Positions 63,510-64,000 of a stretch of 64,000 nucleotides of DNA are shown one piece after another. The stretch comes from Lingula anatina. Taxonomy: Eukaryota > Animalia > Brachiopoda. The notes under the pieces were generated by a model, which saw only the letters and a program-made list of their open reading frames with translations, did not search any database and was not told the origin of the DNA. The position numbers were made by a program, and so were the translations under genes. The first letter of the stretch is position 1. Every line of letters begins with the position of its first letter. The stretch is taken from positions 65,884,788-65,948,787 of the forward strand of contig CM120640.1 of assembly GCA_051362555.1 (NCBI GenBank), written 5' to 3'.

Positions 63510-64000
63510 GGTGAAGGAATGATGATGATGATGCTATGACAACCAGAAATAACCAGGAGGCAGAAGCAATACTGCTGTGACAGCTTGGAGTTTCAATGTC
63601 CCCATCACAGGCACACTCCAGGGGGCTGGCTGAGGTCACTGGAGAAGAAAAATGACACATTTATGAATTTGTAACATTGTACATTGTAGATATTTGGATT
63701 GATCTTCACCTACGGACAACCTTGGTGAGCACACTAATCATGAAGTCATTTGGTTTTCAAGTCAGAGAACAAAATGTATTTTAAGTACACCTGATAAATT
63801 AAGACAAACTTTATACTGCAAAATACAGCGTACCTTTCCATGCCCCAGGAAAAATAAGTTATCACATTAATAAGATCATCAAAAAGATTGGACAAAGATG
63901 CTACAAAATTATAAATGATGTGATATTTTTTCATACAAATTGATGAAACTGCCACAGGATATTTGGCTGTTTTGAAAATTTTTTCTAAAAGTCTACTGTG

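Overview
AT-rich, intron-containing genomic DNA from an invertebrate animal (species not determinable here). I assembled six spliced protein-coding genes by hand from GT-AG junctions with consistent phases. (1) + strand, 5'-truncated: a GCN5-like GNAT acetyltransferase domain, a predicted coiled coil and a PARP-type ADP-ribosyltransferase domain in one protein. (2) midnolin (+). (3) RWDD3/RSUME (-). (4) A single-pass receptor-like orphan with a Cys-rich, possibly SUEL-lectin-like ectodomain and a Tyr-motif-rich tail (+). (5) OMA1 (+), with an intact 79-aa hydrophobic upstream ORF in the same exon as its start codon. (6) NIM1K (-). Intergenic and intronic DNA holds a dead Tc1 element, RTE and Penelope fragments, several MITE families (some with 5- or 6-bp TSDs, nested), two long hairpins and microsatellites. 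Best novelty candidates: the GNAT-PARP fusion, the possible bicistronic uORF-OMA1 transcript, and the ITIM-bearing receptor. All identifications are from recalled motifs; no searches were run.
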